Of a DNA stretch of 64,000 nt, positions 1 to 12,300 are shown piece after piece. The notes beneath the pieces are model-generated. The model worked only from the letters and a program-made list of their open reading frames with translations. It was not told the DNA's origin and did not search any database. Every line of letters starts with the position of its first letter. Positions within the stretch are counted from its first letter, which is position 1. The stretch is from Eledone cirrhosa (lineage: Eukaryota): assembly GCA_964016885.1 (NCBI GenBank), contig OZ024744.1, forward strand, positions 372,001 through 436,000. Direction: 5' to 3'. A program made the translations under genes and the position numbers.

Positions 1-340
1 CAAGCTCTCTTTCTCACCCTTGTCTTCCCTCAAAACTTCGTTCTTCACCAGGCTATCTTTCTCTACCCTGTCTTCCCCCAAAACTTCGTTCCTCACCAAG
101 CTATCTTTCTCTACCTTCTCTTCCCTCAAAACTTCGTTCTTCACCAAGCTAACTTGCTCTACCTTGTCTTCCCTCAAAACTTCGTTCTTCATCAAGCAAT
201 CTTTCTCTACCTTGTCTTCCCTCAAAACTTCGTTCTTCACCAAGCTATCTTTCTCTACCTTGTCTTCCCTCAAAACTTCGTTCTTCACCAAGCTATCTTT
301 CCCTACCTTTTTTTCCCCCAAAACTCCGTTCTTCACCAAA

Positions 341-3300
341 CTATCTTTCTCTACCTTGTCTTCCCTCAAAACTTCGTTCTTCACCAAGCTATCTTTCTCT
401 ATCTTGTCTTCCCTCAAAACTCCGTTCTTCATCAAGCTATCGTTCTCTACTTTGTCTTCCCTCGAAACGTCGTTCTTCACCAAGCTATCTTTCTCTACCT
501 TGTCTTCCCTCAAAACTTCGTTCGTTCTTCACCAAGCTATCTTTCTCTACCTTGTCTTCCCCCAAAACTTCGTTCTTCACAAGCTATCCTTCTCTACCTT
601 GTCTTCCCTCAAAACTTCGTTCTTCACCAAGCTATCTTTCTCTACCTTGTCTTCCCTCAAAACTTCGTTCTTGATCAAGCTATCTTTCTATACCTTGTCT
701 TCCATCAAAACTTCGTTCTTCACCAAGCTATCTTTCTCTACCTTGTCTTCCCTCAAAACTTCGTTCTTGATCAAGCTATCTTTCTATACCTTGTCTTCCC
801 TCAAAACGTCGTTCTTCACCAAGCTATCTTTCTCTACCTTGTCTTCCCTCAAAACTTCGTTCGTTCTTCACCAAGCTATCTTTCTCTACCTTGTCTTCCC
901 CCAAAACTTCGTTCTTCACAAGCTATCTTTCTCTACCTTGTCTTCCCTCAAAACTTCGTTCTTGATCAAGCTATCTTTCTCTACCTTGCATTCCCTCAAA
1001 ACTTCGTTCTTCACCAAGCTATCTTTCCCTACCTTTTTTTCCCCCAAAACTCCATTCTTCACCAAACTATCTTTCTCTACCTTGTCTTCCCTCAAAACTT
1101 CGTTCTTCACCAAGCTATCTTTCTCTATCTTGTCTTCCATCAAAACTTCGTTCTTCACCAAGCTATCTTTCTCTACCTTGTCTTCCCTCAAAACTTCGTT
1201 CTTCACCAAGCTATCTTTCCCTACCTTTTTTTCCCCCAAAACTCCGTTCTTCACCAAACTATCTTTCTCTACCTTGTCTTCCCTCAAAACTTCGTTCTTC
1301 ACCAAGCTATCTTTCTCTATCTTGTCTTCCCTCAAAACTCCGTTCTTCATCAAGCTATCGTTCTCTACTTTGTCTTCCCTCGAAACGTCGTTCTTCACCA
1401 AGCTATCCTTCTCTACCTTGTCTTCCCTCAAAACTTCGTTCGTTCTTCACCAAGCTATCTTTCTCTACCTTGTCTTCCCTCAAAACTTCGTTCTTCACCA
1501 AGCTATCTTTCTCTACCTTGCATTCCCTGAAAACTTCGTTCTTCACCAAGCTATCTTTCTCTACCTTGTCTTCCCTCAAAACTTCGTTCTTCACCAAGCT
1601 ATCTTTCTCTACCTTGTCTTCCCTCAAAACTTCGTTCTTCACAAGCTATCCTTCTCTACCTTGTCTTCGCTCAAAACTTCGTTCTTCACCAAGCTATCTT
1701 TCTCTACCTTGTCTTCCCTCAAAACTTCGTTCTTCACCAAGCTATCTTTCTCTACTTTGTCTTCCCTCAAAACATCGTTCGTTCTTCATCAAGCTATCTT
1801 TCTCTACCTTGTCTTCCCTCAAGACTTCGTTCGTCACCAAGCTATCTTTCTCTACATTGTCTTCCCCCAAAACTTCGTTCTTCACCAAGCTATCTTTCTC
1901 TACCTTGTCTTCCCTCAAAACGTCGTTCTTCACCAAGCTATCTTTCTCTACCTTGTCTTCCCCCAAAACTTCGTTCTTCACCAAGCTATCTTTCTCTACC
2001 TTGTCTACCCCCAAAACTTCGTTCTTCACCAAGCTATCTTTCTCTACCTTGTCTTCCCACAAAACTTCATTCTTCACCAAGCTATCTTTCTCCAGCTTGT
2101 CTTCCCACAAAACGTCGTTCTTCACCAAGCTATCTTTCCCTACCTTGACTTCCGTCAAAACTTCGTTCTTCACCAAGCTATCTTTCTCTACCTTGTCTTC
2201 CCTCAAAACTACGTTCTTCACCAAGCTATCTTTCTCTATCTTGTCTTCCCTCAAAACTCCGTTCTTCATCAAGCTATCGTTCTCTACTTTGTCTTCCCTC
2301 AAAACATCGTTCGTTCTTCATCAAGCTATCTTTCTCTACCTTGTCTTCCCTCAAGACTTCGTTCGTCACCAAGCTATCTTTCTCTACATTGTCTTCCCCC
2401 AAAACTTCGTTCTTCATCAAGCTATCTTTCTCTACCTTGTCTTCCCTCAAAACGTCGTTCTTAACCAAGCTATCTTTCTCTACCTTGTCTTCCCACAAAA
2501 CTTCGTTCTTCATCAAGCTATCCTTCTCTACCTTGTCTTCCCTCAAAACGTCGTTCTTCACCAAGATATCTTTCTCTACCTTGTCTTCCCCCAAAACTTC
2601 GTTCTTCACCAAGCTATCTTTCTCTACCTTGTCTACCCCCAAAACTTCTTTCTTCACCAAGCTATCTTTCTCTACCTTGTCTTCCCACAAAACTTCGTTC
2701 TTCACCAAGCTATCTCTCTCTACCTTGTCTTCCCACAAAACGTCGTTCTTCACCAAGCTATCTTTCGCTACCTTGTCTTCCCTCAAAACGTCGTTCTTCA
2801 CCAAGCTATCTTTCTCTACCCATTCTTCTCTTAAAACTTCGTTCTTCACCAAGCTCTCTTTCTCTACCTTGTCTTCCCTCAAAACTTCGTTCTTCACCAA
2901 TCTATCTTTCTCTACCCTGTCTTCCCCCAAAACTTCGTTCCTCACCAAGCTATCTTTCTCTACCTTGTCTTCCCTCAAAACTTCGTTCTTCACCAAGCTA
3001 TCTTTCTCTACCTTGTCTTCCCTCAAAATTTCGTTCTTCACCAAGCTATCTTTCTCTACCTTGTCTTCCCTCAAAACTTCGTTCTTCACCAAGCTATCTT
3101 TCCCTACCTTTTTTTCCCCCAAAACTCCGTTTTTCACCAAACTATCTTTCTCTACCTTGTCTTCCCTCAAAATTTCGTTCTTCACCAAGCTATCTTTCTC
3201 TATCTTGTCTTCCCTCAAAACTCCGTTCTTCATCAAGCTATCGTTCTCTACTTTGTCTTCCCTCGAAACGTCGTTCTTCACCAAGCTATCTTTCTCTACC

Positions 3301-6300
3301 TTGTCTTCCCTCAAAACTTCGTTCGTTCTTCACCAAGCTATCTTTCTCTACCTTGTCTTCCCCCAAAACTTCGTTCTTCACAAGCTATCCTTCTCTACCT
3401 TGTCTTCCCTCAAAACTTCGTTCTTCACCAAGCTATCTTTCTCTACCTTGTCTTCCCTCAAAACTTCGTTCTTGATCAAGCTATCTTTCTATTCCTTGTC
3501 TTCCCTCAAAACTTCGTTCTTCACCAAGCTATCTTTCTCTACTTTGTCTTCCCCCAAAACTTCGTTCTTCATCAAGCTATCTTTCTCTACCTTGTCTTCC
3601 CACAAAACGTCGTTCTTCACCAAGCTATCTTTCCCTACCTTGTCTTCCCTCAAAACGTCGTTCTTCACCAAGCTATCTTTCTCTACCCATTCTTCTCTCA
3701 AAACTTCGTTCTTCACCAAGCTCTCTTTCTCTACCTTGTCTTCCCTCAAAACTTCGTTCTTCACCAGGCTATCTTTCTCAACCCTGTCTTCCCCCAAAAC
3801 TTCGTTCCTCACCAAGCTATCTTTCTCTACCTTGTCTTCCCTCAAAACTTCGTTCTTCACCAAGCTATCTTTCTCTACCTTTTTTTCCCCCAAAACTCCG
3901 TTCTTCACCAAACTATCTTTCTCTACCTTGTCTTCCCTCAAAACTTCGTTCTTCACCAAGCTATCTTTCTCTATCTTGTCTTCCCTCAAAACTCCGTTCT
4001 TCATCAAGCTATCGTTCTCTACTTTGTCTTCCCTCGAAACGTCGTTCGTCACCAAGCTATCTTTCTCTACCTTGTCTTCCCTCAAAACTTCGTTCGTTCT
4101 TCACCAAGCTATCTTTCTCTACCTTGTCTTCCCTCAAAACTTCGTTATTCACCAAGCTATCTTTCTCTACCTTGTCTTCCCTCAAAACTTCGTTCTTCAC
4201 CAAGCTATCTTTCTCTACCTTGTCTTCCCTCAAAACTTCGTTCTTCACCAAGCTATCTTTCTCTACCTTGTCTTCCCCCAGAACATCGTTCTTCACCAAG
4301 CTATCTTTCTCTACCTTGTCTTCCCTCAAAACTTCGTTATTCACCAAGCTATCTTTCTCTACCTTGCCTTCCTGCAAAACTTCGTTCTTCATCAAGCTAT
4401 CTTTGTCTACTTTGTCTTCCCTCAAAACATCGTTCGTTCTTCATCAAGCTATCTTTCTCTACCTTGTCTTCCCTCAAGACTTCGTTCGTCACCAAGCTAT
4501 CTTTCTCTACATTGTCTTCCCCCAAAACTTCGTTCTTCATCAAGCTATCTTTCTCTAACTTGTCTTCCCTCAAAACGTCGTTCTTAACCAAGCTATCTTT
4601 CTCTACCTTGTCTTCCCACAAAACTTCGTTCTTCATCAAGCTATCTTTCTCTACCTTGTCTTCCCTCAAAACGTCGTTCTTCACCAAGATATCTTTCTCT
4701 ACCTTGTCTTCCCCCAAAACTTCGTTCTTCACCAAGCTATCTTTCTCTACCTTGTCTACCCCCAAAACTTCGTTCTTCACCAAGCTATCTTTCTCTACCC
4801 TGTCTTCCCCCAAAACTTCGTTCCTCACCAAGCTATCTTTCTCTACCTTGTCTTCCCTCAAAACGTCGTTCGTAACCAAGCTATCTTTCTCTACCTTGTC
4901 TTCCCTCAAAATTTCGTTCTTCACCAAGCTATCTTTCTCTACCTTGTCTTCCCTCAAAACTTCGTTCTTCACCAAGCTATCTTTCCCTACCTTATTTTCC
5001 CCCAAAACTCCGTTCTTCACCAAACTATCTTTCTCTACCTTGTCTTTCCTCAAAACTTCGTTCTTCACCAAGCTATCTTTCTCTATCTTGTCTTCCCTCA
5101 AAACTCCGTTCTTCATCAAGCTATCGTTCTCTACTTTGTCTTCCCTCGAAACGTCGTTCTTCACCAAGCTATCTTTCTCTACCTTGTCTTCCCTCAAAAC
5201 TTCGTTCGTTCTTCACCAAGCTATCTTTCTCTACCTTGTCTTCCCCCAAAACTTCGTTCTTCACAAGCTATCCTTCTCTACCTTGTCTTCCCTCAAAACT
5301 TCGTTCTTCACCAAGCTATCTTTCTCTACCTTGTCTTCCCTCAAAACTTCGTTCTTGATCAAGCTATCTTTCTATTCCTTGTCTTCCCTCAAAATTCGTT
5401 CTTCACCAAGCTATCTTTCTCTACTTTGTCTTTCCTCAAAACATCGTTCGTTCTTCATCAAGCTATCTTTCTCTATCTTGTCTTCCCTCAAGACTTCGTT
5501 CGTCACCAAGCTATCTTTCTCTACATTGTCTTCCCCCAAAACTTCGTTCTTCATCAAGCTATCTTTCTCTACCTTGTCTTCCCACAAAACGTCGTTCTTC
5601 ACCAAGCTATCTTTCCCTACCTTGTCTTCCCTCAAAACGTCGTTCTTCACCAAGCTATCTTTCTCTACCCATTCTTCTCTCAAAACTTCGTTCTTCACCA
5701 AGCTCTCTTTCTCTACCTTGTCTTCCCTCAAAACTTCGTTCTTCACCAGGCTATCTTTCTCAACCCTGTCTTCCCCCAAAACTTCGTTCCTCACCAAGCT
5801 ATCTTTCTCTACCTTGTCTTCCCTCAAAACTTCGTTCTTCACCAAGCTATCTTTCTCTACCTTTTTTTCCCCCAAAACTCCGTTCTTCACCAAACTATCT
5901 TTCTCTACCTTGTCTTCCCTCAAAACTTCGTTCTTCACCAAGCTATCTTTCTCTATCTTGTCTTCCCTCAAAACTCCGTTCTTCATCAAGCTATCGTTCT
6001 CTACTTTGTCTTCCCTCGAAACGTCGTTCGTCACCAAGCTATCTTTCTCTACCTTGTCTTCCCTCAAAACTTCGTTCGTTCTTCACCAAGCTATCTTTCT
6101 CTAACTTGTCTTCCCCCAAAACTTCGTTCTTCACAAGCTATCCTTCTCTACCTTGTCTTCCTTCAAAACTTCGTTCTTCACCAAGCTATCTTTCTCTACC
6201 TTGTCTTCCCTCAAAACTTCGTTCTTGATCAAGCTATCTTTCTATACCTTGTCTTCCATCAAAACTTCGTTCTTCACCAAGCTATCTTTCTCTACCTTGT

Positions 6301-9300
6301 CTTCCCTCAAAACTTCGTTCTTCACCAAGCTATCTTTCTCTATCTTGTCTTCCCTCAAAACTCCGTTCTTCATCAAGCTATCGTTCTCTACTTTGTCTTC
6401 CCTCAAAACGTCGTTCTTCACCAAGCTATCTTTCTCTACCTTGTCTTCCCTCAAAACTTCGTTCGTTCTTCACCAAGCTATCTTTCTCTACCTTGTCTTC
6501 CCTCAAAACTTCGTTATTCACCAAGCTATCTTTCTCTACCTTGTCTTCCCTCAAAACTTCGTTCTTCACCAAGCTATCTTTCTCTACCTTGTCTTCCCTC
6601 AAAACTTCGTTCTTCACCAAGCTATCTTTCTCTACCTTGTCTTCCCCCAGAACATCGTTCTTCACCAAGCTATCTTTCTCTACCTTCTCTTCCCTCAAAA
6701 CTTCGTTATTCACCAAGCTATATTTCTCTACCTTGCCTTCCTGCAAGACTTCGTTCTTCATCAAGCTATCTTTCTCTACTTTGTCTTCCCTCAAAACATC
6801 GTTCGTTCTTCATCAAGCTATCTTTCTCTACCTTGTCTTCCCTCAAGACTTCGTTCGTCACCAAGCTATCTTTCTCTACATTGTCTTCCCCCAAAACTTC
6901 GTTCTTCACCAAGCTATCTTTCTCTACCTTGTCTACCCCCAAAACTTCGTTCTTCACCAAGCTATCTTTCTCTACCTTGTCTTCCCACAAAACTTCGTTC
7001 TTCACCAAGCTATCTCTCTCTACCTTGTCTTCCCACAAAACGTCGTTCTTCACCAAGCTATCTTTCGCTACCTTGTCTTCCCTCAAAACGTCGTTCTTCA
7101 CCAAGCTATCTTTCTCTACCCATTCTTCTCTTAAAACTTCGTTCTTCACCAAGCTCTCTTTCTCTACCTTGTCTTCCCTCAAAACTTCGTTCTTCACCAA
7201 GCTATCTTTCTCTACCCTGTCTTCCCCCAAAACTTCGTTCCTCACCAAGCTATCTTTATCTACCTTGTCTTCCCTCAAAACTTCGTTCTTCACCAAGCTA
7301 TCTTTCTCTACCTTGTCTACCCTCAAAATTTCGTTCTTCACCAAGCTATCTTTCTCTACCTTGTCTTCCCTCAAAACTTCGTTCTTCACCAAGCTATCTT
7401 TCCCTACCTTTTTTTCCCCCAAAACTCCGTTCTTCACCAAGCTATCTTTCTCTATCTTGTCTTCCCTCAAAACTCCGTTCTTCATCAAGCTATCGTTCTC
7501 TACTTTGTCTTCCCTCGAAACGTCGTTCTTCACCAAGCTATCTTTCTCTACCTTGTCTTCCCTCAAAACTTCGTTCATTCTTCACCAAGCTATCTTTCTC
7601 TACCTTGTCTTCCCCCAAAACTTCGTTCTTCACAAGCTATCCTTCTCTACCTTGTCTTCCCTCAAAACTTCGTTCTTCACCAAGCTATCTTTCTCTACTT
7701 TGTCTTCCCTCAAAACTTCGTTCTTGATCAAACTATCTTTCTATTCCTTGTCTTCCCTCAAAACTTCGTTCTTCACCAAGCTATCTTTCTCTACTTCGTC
7801 TTCCCTCAAAACATCGTTCGTTCTTCATCAAGCTATCTTTCTCTATCTTGTCTTCCCTCAAGACTTCGTTCGTCACCAAGCTATATTTCTCTACATTGCC
7901 TTCCCCCAAAACTTCGTTCTTCATCAAGCTATCTTTCTCTACCTTGTCTTCCCACAAAACGTCGTTCTTCACCAAGCTATCTTTCCCTACCTTGTCTTCC
8001 CTCAAAACGTCGTTCTTCACCAAGCTATCTTTCTCTACCCATTCTTCTCTCAAAACTTCGTTCTTCACCAAGCTATCTTTCTCTACCTTGTCTTCCCTCA
8101 AAACTTCGTTCTTCACCAAGCTATCTTTCTCTATCTTGTCTTCCCTCAAAACTCCGTTCTTCATCAAGCTATCGTTCTCTACTTTGTCTTCCCTCGAAAC
8201 GTCGTTCTTCACCAAGCTATCTTTCTCTACCTTGTCTTCCCTCAAAACTTCGTTCGTTCTTCACCAAGCTATCTTTCTCTACCTTGTCTTCCCCCAAAAC
8301 TTCGTTCTTCACAAGCTATCCTTCTCTACCTTGTCTTCCCTCAAAACTTCGTTCTTCACCAAGCTATCTTTCTCTACCTTGTCTTCCCTCAAAACTTCGT
8401 TCTTGATCAAGCTATCTTTCTATACCTTGTCTTCCATCAAAACTTCGTTCTTCACCAAGCTATCTTTCTCTACCTTGTCTTCCCTCAAAACTTCGTTCTT
8501 GATCAAGCTATCTTTCTATACCTTGTCTTCCCTCAAAACGTCGTTCTTCACCAAGCTATCTTTCTCTACCTTGTCTTCCCTCAAAACTTCGTTCGTTCTT
8601 CACCAAGCTATCTTTCTCTACCTTGTCTTCCCCCAAAACTTCGTTCTTCACAAGCTATCTTTCTCTACCTTGTCTTCCCTCAAAACTTCGTTCTTGATCA
8701 AGCTATCTTTCTCTACCTTGCATTCCCTCAAAACTTCGTTCTTCACCAAGCTATCTTTCCCTACCTTTTTTTCCCCCAAAACTCCATTCTTCACCAAACT
8801 ATCTTTCTCTACCTTGTCTTCCCTCAAAACTTCGTTCTTCACCAAGCTATCTTTCTCTATCTTGTCTTCCATCAAAACTTCGTTCTTCACCAAGCTATCT
8901 TTCTCTACCTTGTCTTCCCTCAAAACTTCGTTCTTCACCAAGCTATCTTTCCCTACCTTTTTTTCCCCCAAAACTCCGTTCTTCACCAAACTATCTTTCT
9001 CTACCTTGTCTTCCCTCAAAACTTCGTTCTTCACCAAGCTATCTTTCTCTATCTTGTCTTCCCTCAAAACTCCGTTCTTCATCAAGCTATCGTTCTCTAC
9101 TTTGTCTTCCCTCGAAACGTCGTTCTTCACCAAGCTATCCTTCTCTACCTTGTCTTCCCTCAAAACTTCGTTCGTTCTTCACCAAGCTATCTTTCTCTAC
9201 CTTGTCTTCCCTCAAAACTTCGTTCTTCACCAAGCTATCTTTCTCTACCTTGCATTCCCTGAAAACTTCGTTCTTCACCAAGCTATCTTTCTCTACCTTG

Positions 9301-12300
9301 TCTTCCCTCAAAACTTCGTTCTTCACCAAGCTATCTTTCTCTACCTTGTCTTCCCTCAAAACTTCGTTCTTCACAAGCTATCCTTCTCTACCTTGTCTTC
9401 GCTCAAAACTTCGTTCTTCACCAAGCTATCTTTCTCTACCTTGTCTTCCCTCAAAACTTCGTTCTTCACCAAGCTATCTTTCTCTACTTTGTCTTCCCTC
9501 AAAACATCGTTCGTTCTTCATCAAGCTATCTTTCTCTACCTTGTCTTCCCTCAAGACTTCGTTCGTCACCAAGCTATCTTTCTCTACATTGTCTTCCCCC
9601 AAAACTTCGTTCTTCACCAAGCTATCTTTCTCTACCTTGTCTTCCCTCAAAACGTCGTTCTTCACCAAGCTATCTTTCTCTACCTTGTCTTCCCCCAAAA
9701 CTTCGTTCTTCACCAAGCTATCTTTCTCTACCTTGTCTACCCCCAAAACTTCGTTCTTCACCAAGCTATCTTTCTCTACCTTGTCTTCCCACAAAACTTC
9801 ATTCTTCACCAAGCTATCTTTCTCCAGCTTGTCTTCCCACAAAACGTCGTTCTTCACCAAGCTATCTTTCCCTACCTTGACTTCCGTCAAAACTTCGTTC
9901 TTCACCAAGCTATCTTTCTCTACCTTGTCTTCCCTCAAAACTACGTTCTTCACCAAGCTATCTTTCTCTATCTTGTCTTCCCTCAAAACTCCGTTCTTCA
10001 TCAAGCTATCGTTCTCTACTTTGTCTTCCCTCAAAACATCGTTCGTTCTTCATCAAGCTATCTTTCTCTACCTTGTCTTCCCTCAAGACTTCGTTCGTCA
10101 CCAAGCTATCTTTCTCTACATTGTCTTCCCCCAAAACTTCGTTCTTCATCAAGCTATCTTTCTCTACCTTGTCTTCCCTCAAAACGTCGTTCTTAACCAA
10201 GCTATCTTTCTCTACCTTGTCTTCCCACAAAACTTCGTTCTTCATCAAGCTATCCTTCTCTACCTTGTCTTCCCTCAAAACGTCGTTCTTCACCAAGATA
10301 TCTTTCTCTACCTTGTCTTCCCCCAAAACTTCGTTCTTCACCAAGCTATCTTTCTCTACCTTGTCTACCCCCAAAACTTCTTTCTTCACCAAGCTATCTT
10401 TCTCTACCTTGTCTTCCCACAAAACTTCGTTCTTCACCAAGCTATCTCTCTCTACCTTGTCTTCCCACAAAACGTCGTTCTTCACCAAGCTATCTTTCGC
10501 TACCTTGTCTTCCCTCAAAACGTCGTTCTTCACCAAGCTATCTTTCTCTACCCATTCTTCTCTTAAAACTTCGTTCTTCACCAAGCTCTCTTTCTCTACC
10601 TTGTCTTCCCTCAAAACTTCGTTCTTCACCAATCTATCTTTCTCTACCCTGTCTTCCCCCAAAACTTCGTTCCTCACCAAGCTATCTTTCTCTACCTTGT
10701 CTTCCCTCAAAACTTCGTTCTTCACCAAGCTATCTTTCTCTACCTTGTCTTCCCTCAAAATTTCGTTCTTCACCAAGCTATCTTTCTCTACCTTGTCTTC
10801 CCTCAAAACTTCGTTCTTCACCAAGCTATCTTTCCCTACCTTTTTTTCCCCCAAAACTCCGTTTTTCACCAAACTATCTTTCTCTACCTTGTCTTCCCTC
10901 AAAATTTCGTTCTTCACCAAGCTATCTTTCTCTATCTTGTCTTCCCTCAAAACTCCGTTCTTCATCAAGCTATCGTTCTCTACTTTGTCTTCCCTCGAAA
11001 CGTCGTTCTTCACCAAGCTATCTTTCTCTACCTTGTCTTCCCTCAAAACTTCGTTCGTTCTTCACCAAGCTATCTTTCTCTACCTTGTCTTCCCCCAAAA
11101 CTTCGTTCTTCACAAGCTATCCTTCTCTACCTTGTCTTCCCTCAAAACTTCGTTCTTCACCAAGCTATCTTTCTCTACCTTGTCTTCCCTCAAAACTTCG
11201 TTCTTGATCAAGCTATCTTTCTATTCCTTGTCTTCCCTCAAAACTTCGTTCTTCACCAAGCTATCTTTCTCTACTTTGTCTTCCCCCAAAACTTCGTTCT
11301 TCATCAAGCTATCTTTCTCTACCTTGTCTTCCCACAAAACGTCGTTCTTCACCAAGCTATCTTTCCCTACCTTGTCTTCCCTCAAAACGTCGTTCTTCAC
11401 CAAGCTATCTTTCTCTACCCATTCTTCTCTCAAAACTTCGTTCTTCACCAAGCTCTCTTTCTCTACCTTGTCTTCCCTCAAAACTTCGTTCTTCACCAGG
11501 CTATCTTTCTCAACCCTGTCTTCCCCCAAAACTTCGTTCCTCACCAAGCTATCTTTCTCTACCTTGTCTTCCCTCAAAACTTCGTTCTTCACCAAGCTAT
11601 CTTTCTCTACCTTTTTTTCCCCCAAAACTCCGTTCTTCACCAAACTATCTTTCTCTACCTTGTCTTCCCTCAAAACTTCGTTCTTCACCAAGCTATCTTT
11701 CTCTATCTTGTCTTCCCTCAAAACTCCGTTCTTCATCAAGCTATCGTTCTCTACTTTGTCTTCCCTCGAAACGTCGTTCGTCACCAAGCTATCTTTCTCT
11801 ACCTTGTCTTCCCTCAAAACTTCGTTCGTTCTTCACCAAGCTATCTTTCTCTACCTTGTCTTCCCTCAAAACTTCGTTATTCACCAAGCTATCTTTCTCT
11901 ACCTTGTCTTCCCTCAAAACTTCGTTCTTCACCAAGCTATCTTTCTCTACCTTGTCTTCCCTCAAAACTTCGTTCTTCACCAAGCTATCTTTCTCTACCT
12001 TGTCTTCCCCCAGAACATCGTTCTTCACCAAGCTATCTTTCTCTACCTTGTCTTCCCTCAAAACTTCGTTATTCACCAAGCTATCTTTCTCTACCTTGCC
12101 TTCCTGCAAAACTTCGTTCTTCATCAAGCTATCTTTGTCTACTTTGTCTTCCCTCAAAACATCGTTCGTTCTTCATCAAGCTATCTTTCTCTACCTTGTC
12201 TTCCCTCAAGACTTCGTTCGTCACCAAGCTATCTTTCTCTACATTGTCTTCCCCCAAAACTTCGTTCTTCATCAAGCTATCTTTCTCTAACTTGTCTTCC

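Noticed and set aside
276-292. CENP-B box-like motif (CTTCGTT matches the start of the human box CTTCGTTGGAAACGGGA)
   Set aside because: The sequence here is CTTCGTTCTTCACCAAG. Only TTCG and one C of the essential NTTCGNNNNANNCGGGN positions match, and the A and GGG are missing.
301-325. T8 tract variant (CCTTTTTTTTCCCCC) as an intrinsic or Pol III terminator
   Set aside because: It arises from two substitutions in TTGTCTT of the monomer. There is no preceding hairpin or transcription unit.
510-600. Programmed frameshifting or phase-variation system based on the +4/-1 indels
   Set aside because: No expressed gene context is present. On the only protein-like (minus) frame the shifted interval contains stops, so the frame is not functionally restored.
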